Assembly (NCBI GenBank): GCA_022840695.1
Contig: JALHDC010000001.1
Span: forward strand, 84,456 to 148,455
Direction: 5' to 3'
From: a bacterium
Lineage (GTDB): Bacteria; Patescibacteriota; Dojkabacteria; SC72
DNA: 64,000 nt
Every line of letters starts with the position of its first letter. Within the stretch, counting starts at the first letter, position 1. The notes beneath the pieces are model-generated. The model saw nothing but the letters and a program-made list of their open reading frames with translations. It did not search any database and was not told the origin of the DNA. The translations under genes were made by a program, and so were the position numbers. This document shows, piece by piece, positions 10,529 through 21,285 of this stretch.

Positions 10529-11223
10529 TATACAGGCTTACCTCTAAACATACACATTGCATTTATACTTATGCTATCCCCATAATGAAGTCTAATTTTT
10601 TTAGCTATAGCATTTAAAGTACTTCCTGTTGTTATTACATCATCTACGATAGTAATGCTTCGATATTTAGAAATATCTATCTCTTTCCTAATGTAAAAAC
10701 TATTAGTAGAAATCTCCCTCCTTTCTTCTTTATCCTTCAATGCCTGATGTTCCGATCCTCCACTTTTTCCAACCAAAGAATCCGAAAAATCTAAGTTAAA
10801 TTCGATAGATATCCTTTTTGCAAGATCATATGTTTGATTAAAACCTCTCTCTTTTAATCTGGATGAAGATATCGGCATATTAATAACCAAAGTGTCCTTT
10901 AGCATCTTCCAATATGAACTACTTCTGATACTTTCTGTAAAAAATTTACACAAAACCTCAGACATATCGTATGCATATCCATATTTATACTTTTTCAATA
11001 GATCGGAAGTTAAACTATTATATTCCCATGCTACAAATACAGAATCCATAGAGTATCTATCTCTGCACTCTTCATGTGTCCTATATCCATTAGAAAGCCT
11101 TCTGCACACATAACATTCAGGTAATTCTCTTTTGAAAAGCTTATGACATCGCCTACATAAATATTCTCCTTTCCTTTTGCAAATAACACAGCTTTTAGGA
11201 AATACAATATCTAAAAGATTCAT
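10495..11223 (-). CDS. comF: ComF/ComFC competence protein (zinc ribbon plus PRTase fold)
   Basis: FPKSCVIC..LCRRC, ERGFNQ, IVDDVITTGSTL. Confidence 0.92.
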   Translation of the reverse strand: MNLLDIVFPKSCVICKRKGEYLCRRCHKLFKRELPECYVCRRLSNGYRTHEECRDRYSMDSVFVAWEYNSLTSDLLKKYKYGYAYDMSEVLCKFFTESIRSSSYWKMLKDTLVINMPISSSRLKERGFNQTYDLAKRISIEFNLDFSDSLVGKSGGSEHQALKDKEERREISTNSFYIRKEIDISKYRSITIVDDVITTGSTLNAIAKKIRLHYGDSISINAMCMFRGKPVYYSSDSEVSSC

Positions 11224-11319
11224 AATATATTATCTCTATAGATTATTAAATTTCGATTAATTGATAAAAATCTCAGTTTAAATTATGATATTATTCGCAT
11301 AACTACATATAACTAAAGC

Positions 11320-13107
11320 ATGCTAAAAATTCTAAAACAAAAAAATAGTGTCTTTTTTGTAATGTTGCTCCTTCTTGTTACGAAAGTTTTAGGATTTCTC
11401 AAATTAAGAACAATAGCTCAGCTTTTTGGTGCTACTCATGAATTAGATATCTTCTGGGCAGCATTTACAATTCCAGATATGCTTTTTATGATCCTTGTAG
11501 CTGGTTCTATTAATGCCGCAGTAATACCAATATTCTCAGACATTTTACATAAAGAAGGAAGAGAAAGATTAAACAAGTTTTTCAATTACCTAACCTTAAT
11601 AATAGGGGTATTCTGTGTCTTCATCGCAGTTCTTTTCTTCATTTTTACTCCCCAGATTACTACATTGCTCATAGAATCAGATATTTCAAGAAATATGCTA
11701 GATATTGCCCAGAGGATAGATAATAGTGACTATGAAATGTTTGTCTTGCTCACCAGAATTATGTTAATTTCCCCCGTACTTCTTGGTATTAGCAGTTTAA
11801 TAACAGGATACTTACAGGTAAGGAAACAGTTCTTTGTTACTTCCCTAGCACCACTCTTCTATAACTTGGCAATGATGGCTGGATCTTGGATATTAGTAGC
11901 ATTTTTTAAGATGGGAGTAGAGGGCATTGCTATATCTGCTGTAATTGGATCTCTTTTGCATTTCTTAATACAGCTTCCTAAACTCAAAGAGTATTACGAT
12001 ACTAAGTTTAAGATTGATATTAGAACCTTCTTAGAAGGTCTAAAGAATACACAAACAAAATTGGCTCTAAAATTAGCTATTCCTAGAACCATAGGGATAT
12101 TTGGAGAACAAATAAATGTAGTAGTGAATACATTAATTAGTTTTTCTCTTGCTTCTGGAGCTCTTAGTGCTTATAAATTTGCCTTAAGTTTACATACTTT
12201 CCCTATAAATATAATAGGAAGTGCTGTTGCCCAAGTAGCTCTGCCAGATTTGGCAGAAAATTGTGATCAGGAAGCAGAATTCCGTAAAGTACTAAATAGA
12301 TCCATACAAATCTCACTCTTTCTAATACTTCCTGTTGTGGCAATATTGATAGTTCTAAGACTACCACTTGTAAGATTGGCATACGGTACAGGTGCTTTTG
12401 ACTGGAGAGCTACAATAATTACTGCTTGGTGCCTTGTATTACTAAGTTTTTCTGTTTTAGGTCAAACTGTTGTTCAAATACTCCTGAGAGCTTTCTATGC
12501 TCTTAAGGAAACATGGCTACCATTAATTGCAATAACTGTTGGAATTCTTGTTAATATTGTATTCGCAATACTGTTAACAAATTTCTTTAGTCACTACTAC
12601 GACTGGAGGCCAATTGTAGAACAGATGTTTCTACAAATAACGGAAGCAAATGGATCTGAATTCTTTAATGTTTTTTCATCTTTCTTAAGGGATACTGTAA
12701 GGTGGTCCACTCAGAGGGGAGATTCTGACCTAGCTGTCGGTGGACTATCCCTAAGTTTAAGTATTTCATATATTGTAGATATGATTCTTCTTTCCATTTT
12801 GCTAAATGGAAAGAGAAAAATCATCACTTGGAAGGAAAGTATATATCCAACTATTAAGAAACTATTAAATACAGCACTCATGTGTATAGGGATGTATTTT
12901 GTATTTAAACTCTTTGATTTCCAACTAGATACTACAAGGACGGTTTCAATAGTTATTTTAACAGTCATAACTACTCTGTATGGAACAATCTCATACTGGC
13001 TAGGATCAAAGGTTTTCAATATTAAAGAGATATCAATCATAGATGATTTTTTAATAGACTTGAAAGGTAATTTGTTTAAGAAAAAGCATGTAGATGAAAC
13101 TATTTAG
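11320..13107 (+). CDS. murJ: Lipid II flippase MurJ/MviN
   Basis: KVLGF..R..A.LFGA, AFTIPD, AAVIP.F, YGTGAF, RAFYAL.ET. Confidence 0.93.
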   Translation: MLKILKQKNSVFFVMLLLLVTKVLGFLKLRTIAQLFGATHELDIFWAAFTIPDMLFMILVAGSINAAVIPIFSDILHKEGRERLNKFFNYLTLIIGVFCVFIAVLFFIFTPQITTLLIESDISRNMLDIAQRIDNSDYEMFVLLTRIMLISPVLLGISSLITGYLQVRKQFFVTSLAPLFYNLAMMAGSWILVAFFKMGVEGIAISAVIGSLLHFLIQLPKLKEYYDTKFKIDIRTFLEGLKNTQTKLALKLAIPRTIGIFGEQINVVVNTLISFSLASGALSAYKFALSLHTFPINIIGSAVAQVALPDLAENCDQEAEFRKVLNRSIQISLFLILPVVAILIVLRLPLVRLAYGTGAFDWRATIITAWCLVLLSFSVLGQTVVQILLRAFYALKETWLPLIAITVGILVNIVFAILLTNFFSHYYDWRPIVEQMFLQITEANGSEFFNVFSSFLRDTVRWSTQRGDSDLAVGGLSLSLSISYIVDMILLSILLNGKRKIITWKESIYPTIKKLLNTALMCIGMYFVFKLFDFQLDTTRTVSIVILTVITTLYGTISYWLGSKVFNIKEISIIDDFLIDLKGNLFKKKHVDETI

Positions 13108-13684
13108 AAAGATCTTTCTCTTCTTCCTAATATCTCTCCTTCTATTCTCCATATTCCTAATTATGAAATACATAAGGTGGGAGAAAGAATTTGTATTACA
13201 AAATAGCTCCTTGATATGTTCGGATAATATTAATTATGAAGAAATTGACATAGAGAGCAAGATTGAAAAATTCATAATCTCTGATAGTAAATCCGAATTT
13301 GTGGTATTTACTCAAGAGGAAGTGTTGTATATTCTGAAGGAAAATCTGAAAACTCCAACTAATGTAACTCTTAATAATATTTGCATAGATCCTCAATTAG
13401 GTATATGGGGAATATATTTGAAATATAGTTTGGGAAATCTGAAAATACCTTGGATCTCTTTAGATTTAATTAAAGATCAAAGGGAAACAGCAGAAATATA
13501 TATGAAGAAAATAACCATAGGTAATATGAATATCCCAACATCTCTTTCAAAAAGTACAATTTCCAATATAAATAGAGGAATTAGTGATGCCATTATACTT
13601 GTAAATGAAAATCAGTTTCTAGGAAGAGAAATAAGGAATATTGAACTATTGGAAGATATAGTTGTAATAAAGGGAAATCTATAA
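13094..13684 (+). CDS. Membrane-anchored hypothetical protein
   Basis: 196-aa ORF with one N-terminal TM; overlaps murJ stop. Confidence 0.75.
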   Translation: MKLFRKIFLFFLISLLLFSIFLIMKYIRWEKEFVLQNSSLICSDNINYEEIDIESKIEKFIISDSKSEFVVFTQEEVLYILKENLKTPTNVTLNNICIDPQLGIWGIYLKYSLGNLKIPWISLDLIKDQRETAEIYMKKITIGNMNIPTSLSKSTISNINRGISDAIILVNENQFLGREIRNIELLEDIVVIKGNL

Positions 13685-13727
13685 GTAATAATTCTTGCCT
13701 AATTCCTAACCATTATGATACAATTCT

Positions 13728-13754
13728 CTAGCAATCAATAAATTAATCTGCTAA
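13728..13754. promoter_or_regulatory. Degenerate CIRCE operator upstream of groES
   Basis: CTAGCAATC-N9-ATCTGCTAA, directly after TTGCCT(13695)..TG-A-TACAAT(13719). Confidence 0.8.
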
Positions 13755-13760
13755 ATAGCT

Positions 13761-14060
13761 ATGTCAAAAAACATAAAAATACAACCATTAGGTAAAAGAG
13801 TTCTGATTAAACCTGATGAAGTAGAGGAAGTTACATCAGGAGGTTTGGTTCTTCCACCAAGTGCTAGCGAAGATAGAAAACCTGAAACAGGTGTGATTCT
13901 TAAACTTGGACAAGGTAAGGAGAAAGGAAAAGATATCTCTTTTGAAGTTGAAGTTGGAGACAGGGTGTATTTTAAAAAATATTCTGCTGATGAATTTGAA
14001 TTAGATAATGAAAAATATTTTCTCTTAGATACTGCCGATATACTTGCAATTATTAAATAA
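13761..14060 (+). CDS. groES: Co-chaperonin GroES
   Basis: IQPLGKRVLI, TSGGLVLP, VGDRV.F.KY, DILAII. Confidence 0.98.
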   Translation: MSKNIKIQPLGKRVLIKPDEVEEVTSGGLVLPPSASEDRKPETGVILKLGQGKEKGKDISFEVEVGDRVYFKKYSADEFELDNEKYFLLDTADILAIIK

Positions 14061-14064
14061 TTAA

Positions 14065-15711
<1,647 letters not shown>

Positions 15712-15733
15712 TACAGCTCTGTTAGATATTTAG

Positions 15734-15760
15734 AAAGGGGAGAGATATTCTCCCCTTTTT
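15734..15760. terminator. Bidirectional intrinsic terminator
   Basis: AAAGGGGAGA-GATAT-TCTCCCCTTT followed by T, between convergent groEL and the XRE gene. Confidence 0.85.
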
Positions 15761-15764
15761 ATTT

Positions 15765-16310
15765 CTATGCAAGAATTATCTCCTGAGCTAAAACTTTGCC
15801 TATTACATTTTCGCTATCACCCTGTCTATACTTCGTAACAGTAATTCCATCATTTTCCTTAATCAAAACCATATCATCATTCTTAACCTCACTTTTAGGA
15901 GAAATATACAAATACCCATCTTTTTTTAAATCTTCTAAACTTGAATCTACCAATTTCATATCTATAACAAAAGATTCATCATCAATACTCAAAATCCAAT
16001 CTGGGGCAACATAATATATATATGACTTTGTATTCTTAAAATCAAAATCCTTAGGCAGGAAATCGAACAAAGGAATTCTATTGAAACTAAACGAAGCAGT
16101 ATTCTTTGTAGAATCCTTTAAAAGATCTCCTACCTCTACATTTAAAACAGAAGCAATATTTTCAATCTGTTTCAATGGTGAACTAACTCCTCGCTCATAT
16201 CTTGATACCATTTCCCAAGTCTTACCTATTCTGTCAGCTAATTCTCTCTGTGTAATGTTCTTCCTTTCTCTGTATATTCGAATATTTTCTCCTATATAAT
16301 TTTTATTCAT
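15765..16310 (-). CDS. XRE-family HTH regulator with degenerate S24/LexA-like C-terminal domain
   Basis: IGENIRIYRE..ITQRELA..IG...EMVSRYERG; C-terminal RIPLF...F.I...VIGKV. Confidence 0.85.
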   Translation of the reverse strand: MNKNYIGENIRIYRERKNITQRELADRIGKTWEMVSRYERGVSSPLKQIENIASVLNVEVGDLLKDSTKNTASFSFNRIPLFDFLPKDFDFKNTKSYIYYVAPDWILSIDDESFVIDMKLVDSSLEDLKKDGYLYISPKSEVKNDDMVLIKENDGITVTKYRQGDSENVIGKVLAQEIILA

Positions 16311-16428
16311 ATATATAGATTCTATTTACATATACAAAAGTATGGAATAGAACATTATTCTATAAATAAGGAATGTAAAGTCCTGTTTGTAATAAAAATG
16401 AAAGGAAAATGATCTACTATTTAAATAT

Positions 16429-16566
16429 ATGGAAAATATTTCTAAAGAATTCTTAAAAAAGTATTCAAAAATAGCTACACTGGAAAGTATTAGTATAAAA
16501 GAAATGAGGAGACTTCTAAAAGATATAAAAAGATTAAAGAATTTACTAAGAAGAAATAATGTCTAA
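16429..16566 (+). CDS. Possible 45-aa basic small protein divergent from the XRE gene
   Basis: MENISKEFLKKYSKIATLESISIKEMRRLLKDIKRLKNLLRRNNV; TACTAT box 8 nt before ATG; below the ORF-track cut-off. Confidence 0.4.
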   Translation: MENISKEFLKKYSKIATLESISIKEMRRLLKDIKRLKNLLRRNNV

Positions 16567-17004
16567 CCAATTTTCTTTTAACCACTTATCAGCCTTAATC
16601 TGATCTTCAAGCAATCCTCTCAAAGCCAACTCTTTTTTAATTATGCTACCTTGGTGTGGTTTCTGAAATCTTTTTTCCAAGGGAGAATTGAAACCATGTG
16701 CATAATGACATAATTCGTGAGCCACTGTTGCTCTTACAATGAATTCGGGAATTGATTCATTCTTAAAATACCCGGTTACCGTTATTACTGTAATACTTTT
16801 GTCATCTTGTGACCTATATTCATCGTCTTTCTTTCTTAGCAATCCTTTTATTTTAGTATTTCTATTTGCCAATTTTATACTTCCAAGTTGTCTTTTTGAA
16901 TATTTCCCATACTTTATTAAAACAAAATTTTTTCTAGGAATATCACAAAAATGATTCTCCCAAAGGTCATACAGTATATTTTCTAAAAATTCATTATTTC
17001 TCAT
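16546..17004 (-). CDS. SprT-like zinc metalloprotease
   Basis: KRQLGSI, TVAHELCHYAH (HExxH), downstream PHQG third-ligand His. Confidence 0.75.
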   Translation of the reverse strand: MRNNEFLENILYDLWENHFCDIPRKNFVLIKYGKYSKRQLGSIKLANRNTKIKGLLRKKDDEYRSQDDKSITVITVTGYFKNESIPEFIVRATVAHELCHYAHGFNSPLEKRFQKPHQGSIIKKELALRGLLEDQIKADKWLKENWLDIISS

Positions 17005-17037
17005 TCTATGTATTTCTATTGCATGCTATTATATAAA

Positions 17038-18855
17038 ATGGTCTTGGCAAAATTAAAACAGAAGATATCAACCCTAACAAAACTTCTTAAATTTATCTAT
17101 CTGAATTATACAGCTCCTGCGATACTAAGGGATATACTTTTTGTTTGTTCAACGGCTGCGGAAATATATGGAATTACAATATTGGGAAGATTCATAGATG
17201 AAACTACTCAAATATTATTGAATTGGAAGGATTTCGATCTAGAAAGATATTTTAGAACAGAGTCTTTTTTCTATCTCTCAATAATATTAATTCTTTGGTT
17301 AATTACAAAAATCTGTACTCAGCTTAGAGAGTTCCTCTACCATGTAATCTATGAGAACTCTTGGGAAGATGCCAGATACCTACTATTATCAAAAGTATCC
17401 TCTTCGAACTTGGAGGATGTTGAGAAAGAAGAGTATCAGGATATGCTAACATTCATACCAGCATTTTCTTTGGCAAGAATAATGGCAACATATGAGAACT
17501 TTACCTCAGTATTAAGCAATATTATTAGATCTATAACAGCTGGAATTATACTTTTTGGAACGATGGGATGGAGTGCAATAGTTCTTGTCCTACTCGTCCT
17601 TCCTGAAACAATAGCTACTCATAATCGAAGAAAAGATATTAGAAAATATCAGGATCAAGAGACTGGGAAATTAAAATTCTTAAACTATATTGATAACTTA
17701 GGTTTAACAATATCAAGCTTTACTGAACTAAGGGTAAATAATGTATATTCATATCTCAAAAGAAGGTATGTTGAGGAGTACGATGAGTATCTTGCTGGCT
17801 ATTTAAAAACACAATTTAATTTCTCCCAAGACAGTATTCTTTTTTCAATAATTGGTCAGGTGCTTAAATTCACCTATGTTATATATGCACTCTTTAGATC
17901 CATATCAAAAAGACTCTCATTTGGTCAATTTAAAGCAATATACGACTATATTGATGTTGTATATTCTTCAACCTTTAATATACTAAATTCTCTTTCCTTG
18001 ATGTCTAATAACCTGGCATATTTAGATGAGTTCTTTAGCTTAATAGAGTATGAGGGATTTGGAGACTATTCTCATGGTGATATAAATCTTCCCAAAGGTA
18101 CACCTAAGATAGAAATGAAAAATCTATATTTTGAATATCCAGATGATCCAACAACTAAGGTTTTGGAAAATATCAATATTGAAATTAAACCTGGAGAAAA
18201 AATTGCATTCTTTGGTGGGGATGGCTCAGGAAAGAGTACGATGGTTAAGATATTAACAGGACTATATCGTGTAAACAAGGGAGAATATTTAATTGATGGT
18301 TGTAATATAAAAGATTTAGATAGAGGTGTATTAAAAAAGAAATTTGCAGTAACTTTTCAGGATTTCATAAACTACAATTTTAGTCTTAAAGAAAATGTTG
18401 TCATATCTGGACAAAGAAAAAGTGTGGATATGAAACTGTATGATAAAGTGGTGAAGATATCAAAGGTTAAAGATTTTCAAAAGAGTGATAAGGTAGATGA
18501 TGCTTCAATACTAGGAAAGATATTTCCATCTGGAAGAGATCTCTCTCCTGGATATTGGCAAAGATTAGCAATTGCAAGAATGTTGTATAGAAATAAGAAT
18601 ATATTTTTAATGGATGAACCTTTTACATATATTGATGATATGTCTGCAAGAAACATTCTTTCAGATATATTTGATTTCCTAGGTAAGAACAAATCATTAA
18701 TATATATTACTAGGAGTTTAAATAATTTAGATGTCTTTGACAGAATATACTATTTTGAAAAAGGAAAGATTATTGAAATGGGATCTTGGAAAGAATTAAT
18801 GAAAAGCAAGGGGAAATTGTATGAAGATGCTAAATCAGTAACACACCCCTCTTAA
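17038..18855 (+). CDS. ABC exporter, fused TMD-NBD (start moved to MVLAKL)
   Basis: 6-TM domain, Walker A GGDGSGKS, Q-loop VTFQD, LSPGYWQR signature, Walker B FLMDEP. Confidence 0.92.
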   Translation: MVLAKLKQKISTLTKLLKFIYLNYTAPAILRDILFVCSTAAEIYGITILGRFIDETTQILLNWKDFDLERYFRTESFFYLSIILILWLITKICTQLREFLYHVIYENSWEDARYLLLSKVSSSNLEDVEKEEYQDMLTFIPAFSLARIMATYENFTSVLSNIIRSITAGIILFGTMGWSAIVLVLLVLPETIATHNRRKDIRKYQDQETGKLKFLNYIDNLGLTISSFTELRVNNVYSYLKRRYVEEYDEYLAGYLKTQFNFSQDSILFSIIGQVLKFTYVIYALFRSISKRLSFGQFKAIYDYIDVVYSSTFNILNSLSLMSNNLAYLDEFFSLIEYEGFGDYSHGDINLPKGTPKIEMKNLYFEYPDDPTTKVLENINIEIKPGEKIAFFGGDGSGKSTMVKILTGLYRVNKGEYLIDGCNIKDLDRGVLKKKFAVTFQDFINYNFSLKENVVISGQRKSVDMKLYDKVVKISKVKDFQKSDKVDDASILGKIFPSGRDLSPGYWQRLAIARMLYRNKNIFLMDEPFTYIDDMSARNILSDIFDFLGKNKSLIYITRSLNNLDVFDRIYYFEKGKIIEMGSWKELMKSKGKLYEDAKSVTHPS

Positions 18856-18864
18856 AAAATTCAA

Positions 18865-18881
18865 ATATCCTGTAAAATACA
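18865..18881 (+). promoter_or_regulatory. 17-bp box ATATCCTGTAAAATACA upstream of folD
   Basis: Identical copy at 20023-20039; both lie 5 nt before an ATG; contains a TAAAAT -10 box. Confidence 0.7.
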
Positions 18882-18886
18882 TAGTT

Positions 18887-19738
18887 ATGGAACTATTAGA
18901 TGGAAAAATTTCTTCTCAAAAGATATTGGATGAAATATCTTCAGAGGTAGAGGATATTAGAAAAAATGGAAAACGAATTCCTAGATTGGATATGATACTG
19001 GTTGGGAATGATTTTGGTAGCATAAAATATGTTGGGATAAAGGAGAAGGTTGCTAATGAGGTCGGTATGATAGGAAAAGTCCATCATTTAGATTTTGAAA
19101 CTAATACAGCGGAACTGATTAATCTTGTAGATACTTTAAATAAGTATGATGATGTAGATGGATTCATGATTCAACTTCCTCTGCCAGAACATATAAATAC
19201 TAATTTAGTACTAGAGAGTATTGATCCTAGGAAGGATGTTGATGGTCTTACAGCTATTAATTTGGGGAAACTATTTCAAAAGGATAGATCAGCAATTCCT
19301 CCAGCGACACCATTAGGTATTATGAGATTGCTCGGGGAATATAATATAAAGATATTTGGTAAACATGTTGTTATTTTAGGTTCTAGTAATATAGTAGGGA
19401 TACCATTAGCAGCAATGATGTTAGAAAAGAATGCCACTGTAACTGTATGTAATTCTCATACTGTTGATATCCAGGGGGTATCAAAAACAGCAGATATTCT
19501 TGTTTGTGCAACAGGAAAACCACTATTAGTTAATTCCTCATTCATTAAGAAGGATGTTGTCATTGTGGATGTAGGATCTAATAAGCATCCAGAAACAGGA
19601 AAACTAGTTGGTGATGTAGATTGGGAGGATGTTAAAGGTATCCCTTCATATATAACACCGGTTCCAGGGGGAGTTGGTCCTATGACAATATCAAGTTTGA
19701 TGTTGAATCTAATGAACTGTTATAAAAAAAGTATATAG
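18887..19738 (+). CDS. folD: Methylene-THF dehydrogenase/cyclohydrolase
   Basis: LLDGK, QLPLP, KDVDG, PATPLG, GSSNIVG.P, TPVPGGVGPMT. Confidence 0.98.
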   Translation: MELLDGKISSQKILDEISSEVEDIRKNGKRIPRLDMILVGNDFGSIKYVGIKEKVANEVGMIGKVHHLDFETNTAELINLVDTLNKYDDVDGFMIQLPLPEHINTNLVLESIDPRKDVDGLTAINLGKLFQKDRSAIPPATPLGIMRLLGEYNIKIFGKHVVILGSSNIVGIPLAAMMLEKNATVTVCNSHTVDIQGVSKTADILVCATGKPLLVNSSFIKKDVVIVDVGSNKHPETGKLVGDVDWEDVKGIPSYITPVPGGVGPMTISSLMLNLMNCYKKSI

Positions 19739-19780
19739 AGGGATATTGGCTATGGTAGTAAAATGCTATATAATGTTCAA

Positions 19781-19839
19781 TACATTCTGATGAGAGGACT
19801 ACCAAAAGCTGTATATGCTGCGGAAATGCCTCTCTTTTT
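19781..19839 (+). ncRNA. Possible small structured RNA or leader between folD and glyA
   Basis: TTGGCT-17-TATAAT promoter (19746-19774), then a GAGAGG/CCTCTC stem enclosing a nested hairpin, ending in T5. Confidence 0.3.
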
Positions 19840-20022
19840 ATTCTCGTTCAATATCATTTCGATGTAAATTTATATCAACTATTTTATTTGCATATTTTTT
19901 TAATAATCTAGAGTAGTTGTTGATGTCTGGTACTATAAAGATATATGCATAATTTTTCTTAGGCATATATAAATTCTAACAATGAAGAATTAATTATATA
20001 TGAAATATTTATTTACCTCCCC

Positions 20023-20039
20023 ATATCCTGTAAAATACA
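20023..20039 (+). promoter_or_regulatory. 17-bp box ATATCCTGTAAAATACA upstream of glyA
   Basis: Identical to 18865-18881, same 5-nt distance to ATG 20045. Confidence 0.7.
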
Positions 20040-20044
20040 AAGGA

Positions 20045-21274
20045 ATGTTAAAAGATAAAGGTATTCAAAAATTCATACAACAAGAAGCAAAAAGACAAGT
20101 AGAAGGTATTGAATTAATAGCTTCTGAGAACTATGTATCCGAAGATGTCCTCGAATGCATGGGCTCTATACTAACTAATAAATACTCTGAAGGATATGCA
20201 GGTAAAAGATACTACAAGGGGAATGAATATATTGATAATATTGAACAAGAGGCAATAAATAGGGCAAAATCTCTTTTTAAAGCAGAACATGTTAATGTTC
20301 AACCATATTCAGGATCTCCAGCTAACTTAGCTGTACATTTTGCACTCCTAGAACCAGGAGATAGAACTCTTGGTATGTCCTTAGATTCTGGAGGACATCT
20401 AACACACGGTTTTAAAGTATCAATATCTGGTAAATATTATGATTCTAGAAGTTATGGAGTTAATGAAGATGGATACATTGACTATGATGAAGTTCTCAAG
20501 ATTACTAAAGAGCACAAGCCTAAACTCATATGGGCAGGTTTTTCTGCATATTCTCGAATAATTGACTGGAATGAATTTAGAAAAATTGCAGATGAAGTTG
20601 GTGCATACCTGGTTGTAGATATCGCACATGTAGCAGGATTAGTAGCTTCCGGAGTATATCCATCTCCAGTAGGTATTGCTGATGTAGTTACCACTACAAC
20701 ACATAAAACCCTCAGAGGCCCTAGAGGAGCCATGATTATGTGTAAAGAAGAGTTAGGTGAAAAGATAGACAAAGCAGTATTTCCTGGCCTTCAGGGAGGC
20801 CCACACAACCACATAACAGCAGGTATAGCAGTTGCATTACAAGAGGCTAGTACCGAAGAATTTAAATCATATTCAAAGCAGGTAGTACAAAATGCAAAAA
20901 CTCTCTCGGAAGAACTTTCACAAAGAGGTTACAAGATAGTTTCTGGTGGTACAGACAACCACCTATTTCTTGTTGATGTAGTTTCTTCAGTAAATATTGC
21001 AGGCGAAGAAGCTTCAACTATATTGGAAAAAGCAAATATTACACTAAACAAAAATGCAATACCTAATGACCAAAGAAAACCTTGGGATCCATCTGGAGTG
21101 AGAATAGGGACACCAGCAATAACTACAAGAGGAATGAAAGAAAAGGAAATGATTAAAATAGCTGAATATATAGATACTGTATTGAGGAACAAAGATGATT
21201 TAAATCTAATAGGGAAGGTAAGAGAAGATATTAAAAAGTTCACATCTAAGTTCCCAATCCCAGGAATAAATTAA
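20045..21274 (+). CDS. glyA: Serine hydroxymethyltransferase (start moved to MLKDK)
   Basis: ELIASEN, NKYSEGY, GGHLTHG, TTTHKTLRGPRG, GGTDNH. Confidence 0.99.
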   Translation: MLKDKGIQKFIQQEAKRQVEGIELIASENYVSEDVLECMGSILTNKYSEGYAGKRYYKGNEYIDNIEQEAINRAKSLFKAEHVNVQPYSGSPANLAVHFALLEPGDRTLGMSLDSGGHLTHGFKVSISGKYYDSRSYGVNEDGYIDYDEVLKITKEHKPKLIWAGFSAYSRIIDWNEFRKIADEVGAYLVVDIAHVAGLVASGVYPSPVGIADVVTTTTHKTLRGPRGAMIMCKEELGEKIDKAVFPGLQGGPHNHITAGIAVALQEASTEEFKSYSKQVVQNAKTLSEELSQRGYKIVSGGTDNHLFLVDVVSSVNIAGEEASTILEKANITLNKNAIPNDQRKPWDPSGVRIGTPAITTRGMKEKEMIKIAEYIDTVLRNKDDLNLIGKVREDIKKFTSKFPIPGIN

Positions 21275-21285
21275 CATACTCTGTT

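Noticed and set aside
11235-11252. TCTATAGATTATTAAATT matching the inner block of the 78-bp arm
   Set aside because: The other three blocks are absent at the expected offsets; at most an isolated sub-site.
19787-19830. CTGATGAG...GAAA resembling a hammerhead ribozyme core
   Set aside because: The base before GAAA is G rather than the C needed to close stem II, and I could not build stems I and III around a cleavage triplet.
19837-20009. Possible highly decayed third inverted element upstream of glyA
   Set aside because: Only AACTAT and TTTAATAATCTAGAG match, with shifted offsets in very AT-rich DNA; it needs a profile score before being claimed.
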